Origin: Camelus ferus
Lineage: Eukaryota
Direction of reading: 5' to 3'
Assembly: GCF_009834535.1 (NCBI RefSeq)
Contig: NC_045697.1
Coordinates: forward strand, 103,790,001-103,854,000
Length of the DNA: 64,000 nt
Positions 26,960 to 42,420 of this stretch are shown here, in pieces. The first letter of the stretch is position 1, and each line of letters starts with the position of its first letter. The notes under the pieces were generated by a model that was given only the letters and a program-made list of their open reading frames with translations, was not told the DNA's origin and made no database searches. The position numbers and the translations under genes were made by a program.

Positions 26960-27519
26960 TTAGTTCTAGGTATACAATATGATGATTTGATACATAAGTA
27001 TATTGGAAAATGATTGCAATAAGTGTAGTTAATATCCATTAATTTGGAGTTATTTCATAGCTGAAATTCTTATCTATAAGCATTTGCATAAGAAACAGAC
27101 TTCAAGAAAAAAAGTTACTCATGATAATTATAAATCATTTTATACAAAATTTCTGAAACATTCTAATTTCATTCAAATACAATATACTCCCACAATTCAG
27201 GTTTGTAAAATTCTGGACCAGGACTGAGCTAACTCCCTTTACACTAGTATAAATTTCAGAATTGTTGACACTGTAAACAAACGTGTATGTTTAACTCCCT
27301 AAGACAAATTCTTGTTTAAAAATTAGCAGGAACTAGTATTTTAATTAAATATGATAATCAACCTCTATTCATTACACCAGACTTAGGAAGGGTTCAGTCT
27401 AACAAGATGTTACTAAATCTGCACACAAATCATAATTTTTAAAAATGTTTTCCCCAGTGATATTCTACAACTCAAAATGGCTTTTCCCCCAGCATCCACT
27501 CACTAGTTTTCTTTATTAA

Positions 27520-27665
27520 CACTTACTGAATAGCAGCTCTATGCTACGCTCTTAGCTTGCCACTTTATGGATGTTATCTCATTTAATTCTTACAACCACC
27601 CCATTAGGAAGATATTATTATCCCCATTTTACTGACGAGGAAATTGAGGTTGACAGTGATGCTCA
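27520..27665 (-). mobile_element. MIR SINE
   Basis: TATTATCCCCATTTTACTGACGAGGAAATTGAGG core. Confidence 0.75.
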
Positions 27666-28539
27666 GAGTCAGCGCCCTTTCTGGCATGCTTTCAAATCTG
27701 TGCCTGCCTGCTTCTTCCACCAGCTCACATCGCTGCCCCAGGAGGGAAAAGATTAGCGTGAAACACAACAAACCAGGCACATATGAGTCTCAGAACTAAA
27801 AAAGGATACGCCAGTAAATATGAATAAACTAACAAGCATCTGCCTTTGAATTTCTTAGAGTTATGGGGTTATTCAGTGGAAAGAAAAGAAATCCAGGAAG
27901 TGGTAGAAAACTGACATAAAACATGCAGGCAGTCAGTAAAGCACAGTCAAAGATGCCAGAGGTTCACTGGTTGTTAACACAACCCTTTGGTGTCTGCTTC
28001 CCCCACAAGCCCCTAGTTCACGTCAGTCATGAGCACCAGTTTATAGTTTAATAAGCAGTAGGTTAATGCAGACTTATTCACTGATCACCACTTTCTGCGA
28101 CCTGTCTCCTCAGCTCCTACTATTCATCTCTCTGTGTGAAGACACACAGCGGTCCCAGTTTGGTCACAATGGGTCCCTAACAGCATCTACGGAACATCTG
28201 GCAATCTGGGTCTACTGCAGGGCAACTGGGAAGCACTGGGCAGACCAGAATCCACAAATAGGTCCATGGATTAAAGCCAAAAAAAAAAAAAAAAAAAAAG
28301 AAGAGCCATCCTGACACTGAATCAGAAGTTTCACCCCAGAGAAAACTTGAGCAACAGCAAGTTCCAACAATTCTCAGCAGTCCTGAAACCAAATCCCACT
28401 CCAATATACTCAGAGGCATTCTATAAATATCAAGCCAATATTAGTGGATTTTTTTATCTTTAAAAAATTAACATAAAATGATTAGCCAGAATGCATTTGC
28501 ATACACTTCTCACAGGAATATAAAACAGTATAACTTTTC

Positions 28540-29760
28540 TGAATAGTAATTTGGGAAGATGTATTAAGGACTATAATACAATTCATATTCTTGGACCCAC
28601 AAATTTTATGTCTAGGCATTTATCCCAAGGATATAAAAAGTGGTTATAAGCATTTATATACAGCATTGATACCACAGCCATTATCTATATAGTAACATCT
28701 GGAAATAACTTACATGTCCAAAAGTGGGAGAATAACTAAATAACTGAAGGAATAAAGAGAGTATTAAGAGCTATTAGAAACCATGTTAAAACTGTGTGGA
28801 TGAGGATGTCAGAATACAGGGTCTCTCCCTACCTAACCAACAGGTGTGCCAATTGGCACAAACTAGGGAGAAAAACCCAGCAACTCATTCCTTCAGTCAG
28901 TAAATCCTTCCCGAGCACCTGCCACCTTTCTCGGCATTCGGAATATCTATCACAGCTCACACTGCACATACCATCTTACAGAGCAATTCCGCTTTGAGGA
29001 ATTAATCCTTCACACATACTCCCAAGTGTGGGAAATGACATATTTTAGGTTATCCTTTGCAGAATGTTTATAACAGCAAAACCTTGTAAGTTACCTAAAT
29101 GTCCATCAATAGAAGACTAGGAAAATCTATCGACACATTCATAAAATGGAGTATTTTTCAACATAAAAAAAGAAATAGGGAGTTAGTTCTTCATGTGCTG
29201 ATGTGAAACAATCTCCAAGATATGTGTTTTGAGTAAAATAAGGTAAGGTGACAAATAGTATAAAATACCACAGTTTGACAGGTGGGGGCAATGGGGGTGG
29301 GGAGTACACACAGGTATTTTGCATAAATAGCTCCAGAAAGATACACAGAAACTGTTAACATTTGTTGTCTCCAGAGAAGAGAGCTGGATATCTAGCAGAT
29401 GGGTGAAAAGATTTCTCATCATATATACTTTCATACTTTTTTTATTTATCTTCACAAAAGTAAATAAAATGTAAATTATCTTATTTTCAAATAAAGAAAA
29501 ATTAAATGAAATGTTAGATCACATGAAAAATTACTATTATACAATGTCGCATAGAAAAATAAAATTTATATGTGTATATATATAATTTTAAAAATATTTT
29601 TAAAATATTCTTTATATGAAAAATACGTTTAGGAAAAAAAGAACTAAAATACACACAAATGTTAACAGCAGTTATTTTTATTATTTCTAATCTTTCTACA
29701 ATGGAGAAATACTACTTTTATAATCAGAAAAAAATTATAAAAAATAAAATGTAGTTAGGA
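28540..29760 (+). mobile_element. Fragmented ancient L1 (L1ME-like) 3' pieces
   Basis: CCTAAATGTCCATCAATAGAAGACT, CTAGGCATTTATCCCAAGGA and similar motifs. Confidence 0.6.
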
Positions 29761-32700
29761 AATACTAGCTGACCTGATAAATGACCATTAGAAACAACTG
29801 ACCTTGCATTAGAATAATGGAACAGAAGAGAACTCAGCAAAATGAATTACAAGGGACTACTACGTTGGGTTATCAGGGACTTCTTAACAACAGGGAAAGA
29901 ACAGGCAGAAAGCGTTCCTAAGAAAGATTCTCAAGACCGTTACAAAAACCCAATGTTATATATTTTCTGTACCTTTATGTAACCTTAAAGATAAAATAAG
30001 ATCACACTGGGGAAGAAAAAGCAAGTAAACACTAAAAAATCCGAAAGAGTATTATTCCACACATAACCATGTAGAATTTAGGGCCACCTTCTCAAATAAA
30101 TAACATCATGAATAATTGAAAAGTTGATTCTGCATGACATTTTGTTTATTCACATGTAATCCAGGTCAAATTCCATTAAAATAAACTTGAGGAGACACTC
30201 CACATACCAGAGCTATTGCATACCACTGACAGCATCAAGAATTGCTTAAAATCAGGGGCTCTGACTGGGGATGTAGAGATATTTTCATTACATATCAATT
30301 TTCCTCCTAACCCTTATCTGACCTTTATTGGATTCGCTTTCTGGGGGTCAGCCTCATAGCTCTGGGCTGGAAACAAGCAAGAAGAGCTTCAGGTTTAGAA
30401 TGTGCTATATTTACTTCTAAGCTGAGGGGACTTTAAAAAGTAATGTTTAGGAAAATAAGGAAAACCCTGTATATTCTGGTCTACCAGGGACCCTCTCCAG
30501 GCCCTCAGCTTCCTGCTCATCTTTGTTGCTGTCCTCAAGTGCCAAGTACAAGTGCCAAGGCCGCAGTGCCTGTTAACCACAGGCTCTTGATAGGAACTTG
30601 CTTAAACGAGATGGGTCCTGCCGCAGCCTAAGTGACAAATCTTCTCAAGTGTAGGTTTGAAGTTAACTAAGTATAAAATATCTTTCAAATGTGACCTGTT
30701 TCATTTCACTGCAGCAGAGGTTTCAGAAACCACTTCAACAGGTATTTTACAAACTAGAAATCAACAGTCACAAAACTGAAGATTAAGCATTAAGTCTTTT
30801 TCACATGAAGTATTAACACAGATCCTTTATAATTTTAATAAACTAACAAAAGAAATTTTAGAATGCATATTATTACATCAAGGTATTACATCAATACTAC
30901 ATGAAATGTTCACTACTAAATCAAACTTGAGTAGGACCAATGTAAATGCTTTCAAATAAACTCAAGTTAAGAATAACTTACTGTCTCCTACTTGCAAAAA
31001 TGCACTATTCCAGAACCTAATAGAATACGAAAATAGTAGTCCCAGTTGAAATTAATTTAAGGTTATTAAGTAGAAAACAAGTAACAAGAACATTGCTACC
31101 TCCTAACTTACAACTATTTGGTTGCCCAGGAAATTAGCAGAGCTTAGAGACAGTTTAACTTTACACAATGATGCAATCTAGGGCATCTTAAGTTAAATGG
31201 ATCTTGAAAATGACTTAATGTTGTTATTAGTTTGAAAAGGGCCTTTAATGGAGGAAGTGGCTTTGATGGCTACTTAGATACCACGATAAAGCACAGGATC
31301 AAGGCATTTCATCATTAGATCCAAATTAGCTGGATGACTCTGAAGGTTTCCTAGGTGCTTACATAAGAATTCAGTCCATAGAGAAATGCTAGTAAGCACG
31401 GCATTCTTCCTTCTTCAACTCTGGCATCCCACAAAGTTGGCTGCTTTACAGAATAGCATTAAGTAAGAAGCTAAAGGAGCGAAAGACTCAAGTCTTGCCA
31501 GATTTCCCATGGCATAAATAACAGCCGTAGCCATTAAGCAGCCACCAGGGGACGTAGTTAGAGCAATGTCCCAAGTAGAGGACTTGGGTAAGGCAGCTGC
31601 TCCACAAAGAGCATTAGCCAAGGCCAGCAGGAAGACCTCCACGGAAGATCAGTCCAGCACCACAGGAGAGGCAAATATCTTCCTGTATCACTGGGCCCCA
31701 TGTTTGAGCACCAATAGTAGATCTCAGGTGTTGACCTGAGAAAAAGCCTATGCCCACTAAGCACTAATCACAGTCCTTTTATATCAATATAACTTACAAA
31801 GACTAGAATTTAACGTACTTAGGAAATCCTGTCCCACATCAGTTTTCAAAAGATCAAGAATATTTAGAATTTTCAAGACAAAATTTATCAGCCACTATAC
31901 AGGGATCCCATCTATATCAAAAATGCCCCATTCATAAGATTTATACCAACCTAATAACTACAGAATACATAAATTTAATAAAGCCATGCTTTTTCCATGT
32001 CGCTACTAGGGCGGTCAAAGAACAAGGTAACTAAATTTATTCTTCATTCAAAGCACACTTAAAATAAAAGAAAACAAAGGCAAGACATAATGCTGAAAGA
32101 GAATTTTAAAGCCATTTCCAAAAAACAAAACAAAACAAAACCCAAATCCTTACATAGTAAGATTTCCCTACCTACATAAGAATAAGCATCTTAAAATGAC
32201 AACTTTAAAAATTCAATGTAATTTCTTCAAAAGTAAATAGGTACTATCTCCTCTTTTTTGCTTTCATTATAAGTCAAAAGAAAATGACAAATTCTACTCA
32301 TTCTTCTCTTGGATGTAAAAATGTCTGGATTTCATTCTAAGGGAATCCCATGTTCAGTGACACTTGGATCAATAAATAACACTACCTACGTGTCTTCATG
32401 ATAGATTGACATAGTATAAAAAATTCTAGTATCTCTCTTAAAATATTCATTAATATTTACTAGATATGCTGGCAAAAATTATACTTTTCTAATAAACACA
32501 CAAATTTTAACTAAAAGTTATAACATAACAAGCATCACTTGAACAGCATGAGCCCTGGAAACCAAAGATGATCCATAGAAGTTATGGAAAGCTAACTAAA
32601 CCTCAGTGGCTCAAATGTGCCACAGCAGGCACCCCTATAGTGACCACCACATCTGAGGAAGACCTGAAGTGGATGTTTCAGTTCAGTTGCCATATTCAAA

Positions 32701-32910
32701 ACATAACCACTATAACCACACCCTCAGGCTTCACGCTGTCCAATTATACAGTGTCTGCAATATGCCGGTACAAAACGCAAGTCCTTTGCTGACGTCCAAG
32801 TTCTCCTCTACTATAGTGACACCTTCAGACTGTACCTACACATGACCCTACAAAAGGAATCTGAAATTTCAAAATAGCAAACACAAATTAAATTTTTCTC
32901 TCACTTTTCA

Positions 32911-33114
<204 letters not shown>

Positions 33115-33850
33115 TCATGTTGCCTCTAATACACTAATGTGCTGACAGAGTTAAGCATTTGCTGTGGTGCAGCCCAACTCCAGAGAACATTTCCTGGAGG
33201 GCAAGGACCATGGCTGTCCAATTCAGCACAGCATCCTCAGACCAGAAGGATGACAATAAATGCTGCTCTCACACAGGAGAGCAGATAGGCAGCATCCTTC
33301 AATATTAGGTCCTAATTTTATCTGCCACACTATCAGTGCTTAGATAATGATCAAAATTCCCCACACCAAAGGAAAAAAAATCAATGGAAAGAATTCTATC
33401 TCTTTAGCAAATATTATTTTATTCCTCCTAGGATATCAGAAATCAGAGCTTATGTTCATGCATACATTCAGTTTTGCCAAGAGTATTCAGGCTACAAATA
33501 TTTACTGAGCATTTACTTACTATGTAAATGAGATAATGAAGAGAGTAGCAGAGGACTTAACAATAGTTGTTAAGACTATAATTATCATAATTATTATTAA
33601 ATTGTGCCAGACCCTGGGTATACTGTTGTGAACCAGACAGGTCTGATCTTTGACCTATGGAAAATCCTCTCAGGAGATAGGCTGGCATCTCCCCAGATGG
33701 GTTAACACTGTGGGTACAACAGGGACAACCCTAATATTTATTATTTTTGTAGTTTATGTACAGTTGGGTTGAAGACCTAATGTGCTAACCAAAGAACAGC
33801 ACTCTTTTAAAAGCTGTAATTCTGAGAAATGCCATTTTATAGCTGTATAC

Positions 33851-34055
33851 CAGTGGTTTTCCAGCAGCAGCAATTTTGTCCCTCCACAGATGTTTGGCAG
33901 TGTTTGGGAACTGTTTTTTTTAGTTGTTATAACTCAGGGAATAAGGTGTGTTACTGGCATCAAGGAGAAATCAGGAATTCTGCTAAATATCCTGGAAGGT
34001 ATAGGATAGCCCTCCTGACAACAAAGAATGATCATGTCCAAAATGTCAAAATGGC
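33851..34055. mobile_element. MER20-like hAT-Charlie DNA transposon
   Basis: CAGTGGTTTTC start, TTACTGGCATC...TGCTAAATATCCT, ACAACAAAGAATGATC...CAAAATGTCAA. Confidence 0.7.
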
Positions 34056-34114
34056 GTGCACCAACATTTTAAAATCTGACATCATCTCATATTTGACATT
34101 CTATTCAACTCTCT

Positions 34115-34540
34115 TGTGCTGGGTTGAACAGTGTCCTCCCCCGGCCAAATTCATATACACCCAGAACCTATGTTTGGAAATTGGGTCTTGGCAGATGTAA
34201 TCAAATGAAGATGAAGTCTTACTGGATTAGGGTGAATTGTAATCCAGTGACTGGTACTCTTATGAGTAGAGAGAAATTTGGACACAGTCACACACAGAGG
34301 GAAGATGGCCACGTGAAGACAGAGGCAAAGGCTGACGTTCTATTACCACAAGCCAAGGAACACCAAGGACAGCTGGCAACCACCGCCAAGTCAGAAGGCG
34401 CAAGGAAGGATTCCTCCCTAGAGCATTCGGTGGGAGCACGGCCCTGCTGACATTTTGATTTCTGATTCCTAGCCTCCGGAGTAATTTCAAGCCACATGGT
34501 TTGTAGTAATTTGTCATAGCAGCCCTAGAAAACCAATACA
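34115..34540 (+). mobile_element. MLT1B/C-type MaLR solo LTR
   Basis: TGTGCTGGGTTGAACAGTGTCC start; TTTGTAGTAATTTGTCATAGCAGCCCTAGAAAACCAATACA end. Confidence 0.85.
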
Positions 34541-35351
34541 CGCCCTGGAGGAAAACAACAGGACAGACCACAATCATAGCTCCTCAGTTCCCTGCGACCC
34601 TCCACCACGCCCACACATACTGCTCAACAAGAGAGACCAAGCTCGGAAAAAAATCATCATTCAGTCCATCGACAAGTATTTATTGAGCAACTACCATGCT
34701 ACATTTTAGGCATTTGTCATACATCAGTGAAATAAAAGAAACAAAGATCTCAAACAATGCAATACATTCTTTTAGATACCTGGCATTGACACAAATCATT
34801 GTGCTGAGATCTGAAAACAGGGAGCAAAAGGGAAAAGGCAAGTAAAAAGGGATTACACTTCAGGGCAGGTAAAGCTGTTCAGAAACTTAAAAAGAAGTAC
34901 TTTTTTTTATCCTTATGAGTGAATCTGTCTCAGTCGCTCACACTGAGAAATAGTATTTCCTCGATGACTGGTGATTCAGGAGCAGATTGTAAAAGTCAGG
35001 GAATCTGGCTTGTTTCAGAAGTAAGTGCCTTCCAGGAATTTTTAATGCTCTGTTTGGTTTTTTGTTTAAACTCTTATCAATTTTCTTTTCCTCCAACCCC
35101 CTGCTTTTTGTGAAGCTCTATTTTTGTCACCTGTGCATCTATCCCCAGTGGTGCCCCAGATTTTCTGTATCGGATGGGTTAGAGTTAGCAGTACGTTCAC
35201 AAGTGAGGGCTAGGAGACGAGAGCAAAGCTGCATCTCCATCGGAAGCCCACGGAAACCCACGACATTTATTTAGACTATGTTTTTTGGGGGCAGACAAAG
35301 CTTGTACCATAGTCAGTCAACAACTGTATTCTTTAAGAAGCTAACTCTTCC

Positions 35352-36079
35352 CAGATTCCTCAAAAGACGAGGAACAGACTTACTATATGACCCAGGAATC
35401 CCGCTCCTGGGCATATATCCAGAAGGAACCCTACTTCAAAATGATACCTGCACCCCAGTGTTCATAGGAGCACTATTTCCAATAGCCAAGACATGGAAGC
35501 AGCCTAGATGTCCATCAACAGATGACTGAATAAAGAAGATGTGGTATACGTATATGATGCAATACTATTCAGCCACAAAAACCGACAACATAACGCCATT
35601 TGCAGCAACATGGATGTTCCTGGAGAATGTCATTCAAAGTGAAGTAAGCCAGAAAGAGAAAGAAAAATACAGTATGAGATCGCTTATATGAGGAATCTAA
35701 TTAAAAAAAATAAATACAAAACAGAAACAGACTCATAGACATAGAATACAAACTTGTGGTTGCCAAGGGGGCAGGGGGTGGGAAGGGACAGACTGGGATT
35801 TTAAAATGCAGAATAGATAAACAAGATTATACTGTACAGCACAGGGGAAAATATACAAGATCTTGTGGTAGCTTATAGTGAAAAAAAAAGTGACAATGAA
35901 TATATACATGTTCATGTATGACTGAAAAATTGTGCTCTACACTGGAATTTGACACAACATTGTAAAATAACTATTACTCAATAAAAAAATATAAAAAAAA
36001 ATAAAATAAAAATAAATAAATAAATAAAAATAAATTTTAAAAATGCAGCTGACAGGGAACTAGAAAAAACAAAAGAAGC
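35352..36079 (+). mobile_element. Young 5'-truncated L1 with double A tail
   Basis: ORF2 C-terminus (YDPGIPLLGIYP...KTWKQPRCPSTDD), 3' UTR, poly(A); TSD AGCTAACTCTTCC at 35339-35351 and 36080-36092. Confidence 0.92.
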
Positions 36080-37324
36080 AGCTAACTCTTCCATGCTCCG
36101 TGCACATATATATAAATACATATGATAACAATTAACTAATTGGTATAATTCAGTGGAATGACCTCTCACTATCAATGTTTTAAATCTTAGAGATAGGGCA
36201 TACTGCTTTTTGTATTAGATGCACATCTAAATAACTCTAATCTATGAAAGGACATGGTGAGGATATTCCTGGGCTACCTACAACGTTCCCTTTAAAAAGG
36301 GAAGGAGGAATTAATCCTAACTTAGGGAAACCTAAAGCCCTTTTGAGACCGATGATGATAGATTGCCACGTGTTGTGAACACGGAACTGGAAGTCAGGCA
36401 GGGCTGAAATAAAAAGTTGGTAAATATTTGTACAGAGGTGAGAGTTGAAACAACGCTGTAAAAACGATATCTGGCCCCTCTCCAAGGTGATGATTATATC
36501 CTCCAAGTCACAAAAAGAACCAGATTCAGACCTTGAGATGGCTATAAAGCACAAGGTAGAAATATACTTTTAACTTTTCCTGAAACAAAAGCCAAAAAAA
36601 AAGAAATGTTTATCAGTGAAAATGAAATGTGATAGCAACATCAAAAGAAAAATAGGCCATTAAAAAAAAGAAGCAATTTTGGGACTCCAAACCCATGCTT
36701 TTTAATGTAGGGGGAGGAGAGGGGGAGAAAATGATTAGCAGTGCTTAAGAATGCAAGGAACTACTACCATTTCATAAAATATATTCATTCCCAGGTAAAC
36801 TTCACTTCTAAACCTAATCTAAGATATTCACACTAATATGCTTAAGCTTATAGCATGTTATGTTTTTTCCATGGAAAAAACAAGCCCTTTCCTTTTCAGG
36901 TTTTATGTTTTATTAATGGCAATAATTTAAGCAAAGATGCAGGTAGAAATGAGAAGCTTACTCTGTACTTTCAAAGAAGTAAAGCTTTCTCTTCTGAAAA
37001 TGAATAGCACAGTGTTGAACTGCAGTAAACTCATAGCTCAGGGCTTCCCTGGGTTGAAATGGAACAGATTATTGACATCTTAGAATCTACACATTTACAT
37101 CCACTGTGGCTCTTTACTTTCAACCTTCTTTATTTAGAAATGAAATGTAACTGAGTAAAAAGAACAGGGAACTAAGAATTAAATTATCTAGCTAGTACTT
37201 ATTATAACTTTTCCCATTTGGAAAGTCATCCAACTCTCTAATTTTAGGGTTCCCATATCTATAAATTTCCTGCCATACATAACTCATCCATTGGCTATAA
37301 AGATTGTTTTTAAAGGGAGGTCAG

Positions 37325-37519
37325 GTAAGGGGGGAGGGTACAGCTCAGTGGTAGAGTGCGGGCGTAGCATGCATGAGGTCTGAGGTCCTGGGTTCAATCC
37401 CCAGTATCGCCATTAAATAAATAAATAAATAAATAAACAAACAAAGCTAATCTCCCTCCCCTCCAAAAGAAACCTCCCCAAAAAATTAAAAAATAAAAAA
37501 GAAAGAATACAAAGGGAAA
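37325..37519 (+). mobile_element. tRNA-derived SINE (Vic-1-like)
   Basis: A/B boxes, internal TGAGGTC duplication, (TAAA)n tail; TSD AAAGGGAGGTCAG at 37312-37324 and 37520-37532. Confidence 0.92.
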
Positions 37520-40079
37520 AAAGGGAGGTCAGATCAGAGACGTGATACTTTAAGTGTGGAAGTCTTAACACTTAAAAAGAGTATGGTCATTAAGGTATCG
37601 ATCCAGGTAAAGGTGAAGTGAGCATCTTCACAAGTTGAAAATAATCAAAACTTTTCCTGTTGAAAAGAAAAGAATGTCTAGAAAACTGTTTGACTGAAAA
37701 CTGTTCAGTCAGTGTGAGTGCATTAAAAATGTATTTGCATTCTCAGTGTACGGAGCCCATAGCTAGAACTTCTGACTAAAAGTCTCAAGCAAAAAGAGGT
37801 GCTTTCGATATCTCTGAAGAGCAGAAGAGGCCAGAAACGTGTTTAGCAACCATTCCTCTCCTTGTCCCTAGATTTTTGTTGTTTTAACTAATGGAGTGAA
37901 AGTGTTATTGGGTACTATTAGGAAGTTTGTCTTTATTTAAGAAGTTTTACAGGTGGGAAGATCAATTGAAGTATCAACTTAGCCTGACAGCCTATATAAG
38001 AAATCCCAAACAAGTGTTTGTCTAGCTTTTCTTTTTAGAAAAAGGTAACTTTTACATATAGTCAGCTCTCAAAGAAATAATATGAGTACACTGTCGTCTA
38101 ATATTAACTGATTCTGTTCTGCTCATTTTGGGCTAAAAATCAAGGCATGGAAAATGTCTTTATTACAGAGAGCCTTTCTTTATAAAGGCTATTCATTTTG
38201 AATGATTTCTTGCCAAGAATATTTATTTGCCTGGATGTCGCAACTAAGGCAGAGAAAGAAATAAGGCAGAGTCCTGGTTCCCAGTCCTTCCTCTTCCCTA
38301 AGCTAGCTAACTTGACCTAGGGTGAGTCACCCGACCTCAGGTCTCAGTAATTTCAACTGTAAAAGAAGCATGTTGACTTCAAATAATTTAAAGCTTCCTC
38401 TCAGCTCTTAACATTCTCCTCTCTTATAATTAAACAAAGAAATGAATTATCCCAGGTTAATGGCATAAGGACTAGTGACAATAGGAAACAAGATTTCTAA
38501 GATACAATAATTCACCAAAACTTCAAGAAGCAGAGTCTGAGGAAAGAAATAAGGTTACAGAATCCATCTCACACTTACCACTGTGGGAAAAAAGGCCCAG
38601 GGAAAAATAACTCTCCTGCCCACCGAGCAGCCCAGAAAGGTAAGATAGAAGGTATTTCACCAAACCGAGTCCCTGCCGATCTAAACTTCAAGAGCATACA
38701 TCACCTGTAACCGCACCTTAACACTGAGCAAATAAGAGATCTCACACTAGATACTATAACGTCTGCAACTGAAGCTAGCAAAGGGTGCAATTCCAGATGA
38801 CTGCAAAGATGCTCTCTAACGTTAATTCTTACCACCCGGCTAGCTGCAGGAACAGGGGAACTCATTTGGCAGAACCCAGACACCAACATTCACAAGTTTC
38901 CCCAAAGCTCACAGAGAAGCTATGTCAAAGAAGAAACTGGTACCTTCAGCAGGGTAACCACAACAAATATCTTCATTCTCACAGTTACATACCTTACACA
39001 TTTTGTACTAAGTTGAACATAGAAGAAAAGAACTTTAAAAAGTTTTTAAAATCTCCACAGTCTTCGTTCAAAAAATTCCTTTTAAATGTTATGTTCCCTG
39101 AAGCTACCTCTAAATGGAGGTATTGAGGGTAGAGGGTAGAAAGAACCACTGTTCTCCTGAGAGATCATTTCATTCACTTCCATCGTGTTTTAACAAAAAG
39201 GCACAAATAGCTTCAAATATCCTCCTGGGCACTTCCTAGCATAAAAGATTGTGTGTTCTCACTTCCGTCCTTATCTGTCCTTGTTGTATGACTGATATGT
39301 AAAACCTGTCAATAAGCGTGAACCTGCCAAACAAGGTCAAAAAGACAATAAACTGAAGAGATTCAATTCATGTTTATGAAAAGTGGGACATGAGTCTCTA
39401 AGGGTGCAAGGGAGGAGGGGGCGGGGTGGGCATGGAAGCTAATAATACTTCCAGTCATTGCCACCAATGCCCATCCACACATTACAAGGCTCCCACTATT
39501 CTGAGATCTGAGGATGATTTTAGCCTGCCTACATTTCCTTGCCAAAATACACACTACACATGGTCTAACACTGCCTGTATCTGTTAGACTGCTAAGTGTA
39601 GCAACCGAGTGCTGGCAGCACGCGGAAGCAGTGAGTGCAACGTGTCAGTCGGCTCGGGAGTTTGTGGAGAGGCAGCAACTGCAGCAAATCAACACTCTCC
39701 AACATGTGGCCCACCAAATCTGAGTTGGAGGAGGAAGAGATGTCCCTTTCTCTTCCTCTGCCTTAAAAAAAAAAAAAAAAGTAGGGAGAATGAGGTGTCG
39801 CAAACGAACAAGGTTGGTGTCCACTCCAAGACAGATAAGGAACTCCTGGCAACCTAGCATCCCTTGGGATAGGATGCTACTTTGAAGGCAAGAGGAGTAA
39901 GTTTTATTCTGATTAACCTCACTCCTTAACACTAAGGATACTCATCGATTGTTCGCGGAAAAGGCAACCTGCGTTCAAATTCCCTTGCCCTATTCCTAAC
40001 TATAAATTCTCTCTGTAGTTGGCAAGTTAAAAAATCAGCAAAAGGGCCAAAGGACATCCTGGGCTGGCCAGTGCCCCTA

Positions 40080-41400
<1,321 letters not shown>

Positions 41401-41756
41401 CTTGATCCCCAGAACTTCCCCAATCCGAGCAGCAGGGCAACTGGGGGAAGGAGGTCAGGATCCCCAGGGCAAAAGTGGTGAATGAAGTCCTGCCTTCCAT
41501 TGCCCCACGTGCTAGATTCTGTCCGTCCCGTTTCTCCCTTGAAGTGTTTTCTGGCAACCGGTGACATTGATAGTTTCGTAAACGGACTTCCTATCCACTG
41601 ACCGTGCGGAAACATCAACTCCTATTATGCAGCTGAACAGATAAATAAGGAAAATGCTGTGTTCTTATTTAGTAAGAACTCTTTGATCTGTTTAGAGCAG
41701 ACTCAAACTCACGGGAAAGTTTTCTGTTTATTTTTGGTGGTTACTTAAAGGAAAAG

Positions 41757-42128
41757 AATTCTGTTTCCTGAGGCTACTGTAACAAACATCTAAAACTGGA
41801 TGCTTTAACATAAGGGAAATTCAGCCTCTCACAGTTCTGGAAGCCAGAAGTCCAAAATCAAGATGTTGGCAATGCCCCAGTTCCTCTGGAGGCTCTAAGG
41901 AGAGAATCCTTCCTCGTCTCTTACTTCTGGTGGTTGTTGGCACAACTTAGCTTCCTTGGTTTATGGTCACATCCCTGCAGTCCCTGCACCTGTCTTCACA
42001 TTGCTCTTCCGTGTCTCTTATGAAAACACTTGTCATCAGATTTAGGATCCAACCCAATAATCCAGAATGATCCCGCTTTAAGATCCTTAAATCTTAACTA
42101 CAAATATCCTTTCTCCAAATTAGGTAAC
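41757..42128 (-). mobile_element. MLT1C-like LTR
   Basis: TTTCCTGAGGCTACTGTAACAAA...CTCACAGTTCTGGAAGCCAGAAGTCCAAAATCAAG. Confidence 0.8.
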
Positions 42129-42420
42129 TGTTCTGTGTTGAATGGTGTCCCCCACAATGCTCATGTCAACCCGGAACCTCAGAATGTAACCTTATTTGGA
42201 AATCATGTCTTGCCTACATAATTAGTTAAGATGAGCTCATACTGTATTAAGATGGGTCTAAATCCATTGACTCGTGTTCTTACAAGAAGGTCATGTGAAG
42301 ACACACAAAAGAAATGTGAAGACGAGGTCATGTGAGGATGGAAACAGACTGGAGTGATGTGTCTCCAAGCAGAGGAATGCCAAGGATTCCACCTTGAGAC
42401 CAACCACCAGAAGCTGGAAA
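42129..42420 (+). mobile_element. MLT1C-like LTR (5' part)
   Basis: TGTTCTGTGTTGAATGGTGTCCCCC...GAACCTCAGAATGTAACCTTATTTGGAAAT. Confidence 0.8.

Noticed and set aside
29585..29606. 22-bp perfect palindrome ATTTTAAAAATATTTTTAAAAT
   Set aside because: Low-complexity AT sequence in a decayed L1 region
31415..31642. 75-aa hydrophobic ORF (MEVFLLALANALCG...)
   Set aside because: Non-ATG (GTG) start, lies downstream of the early stop in the candidate exon, no recognisable family
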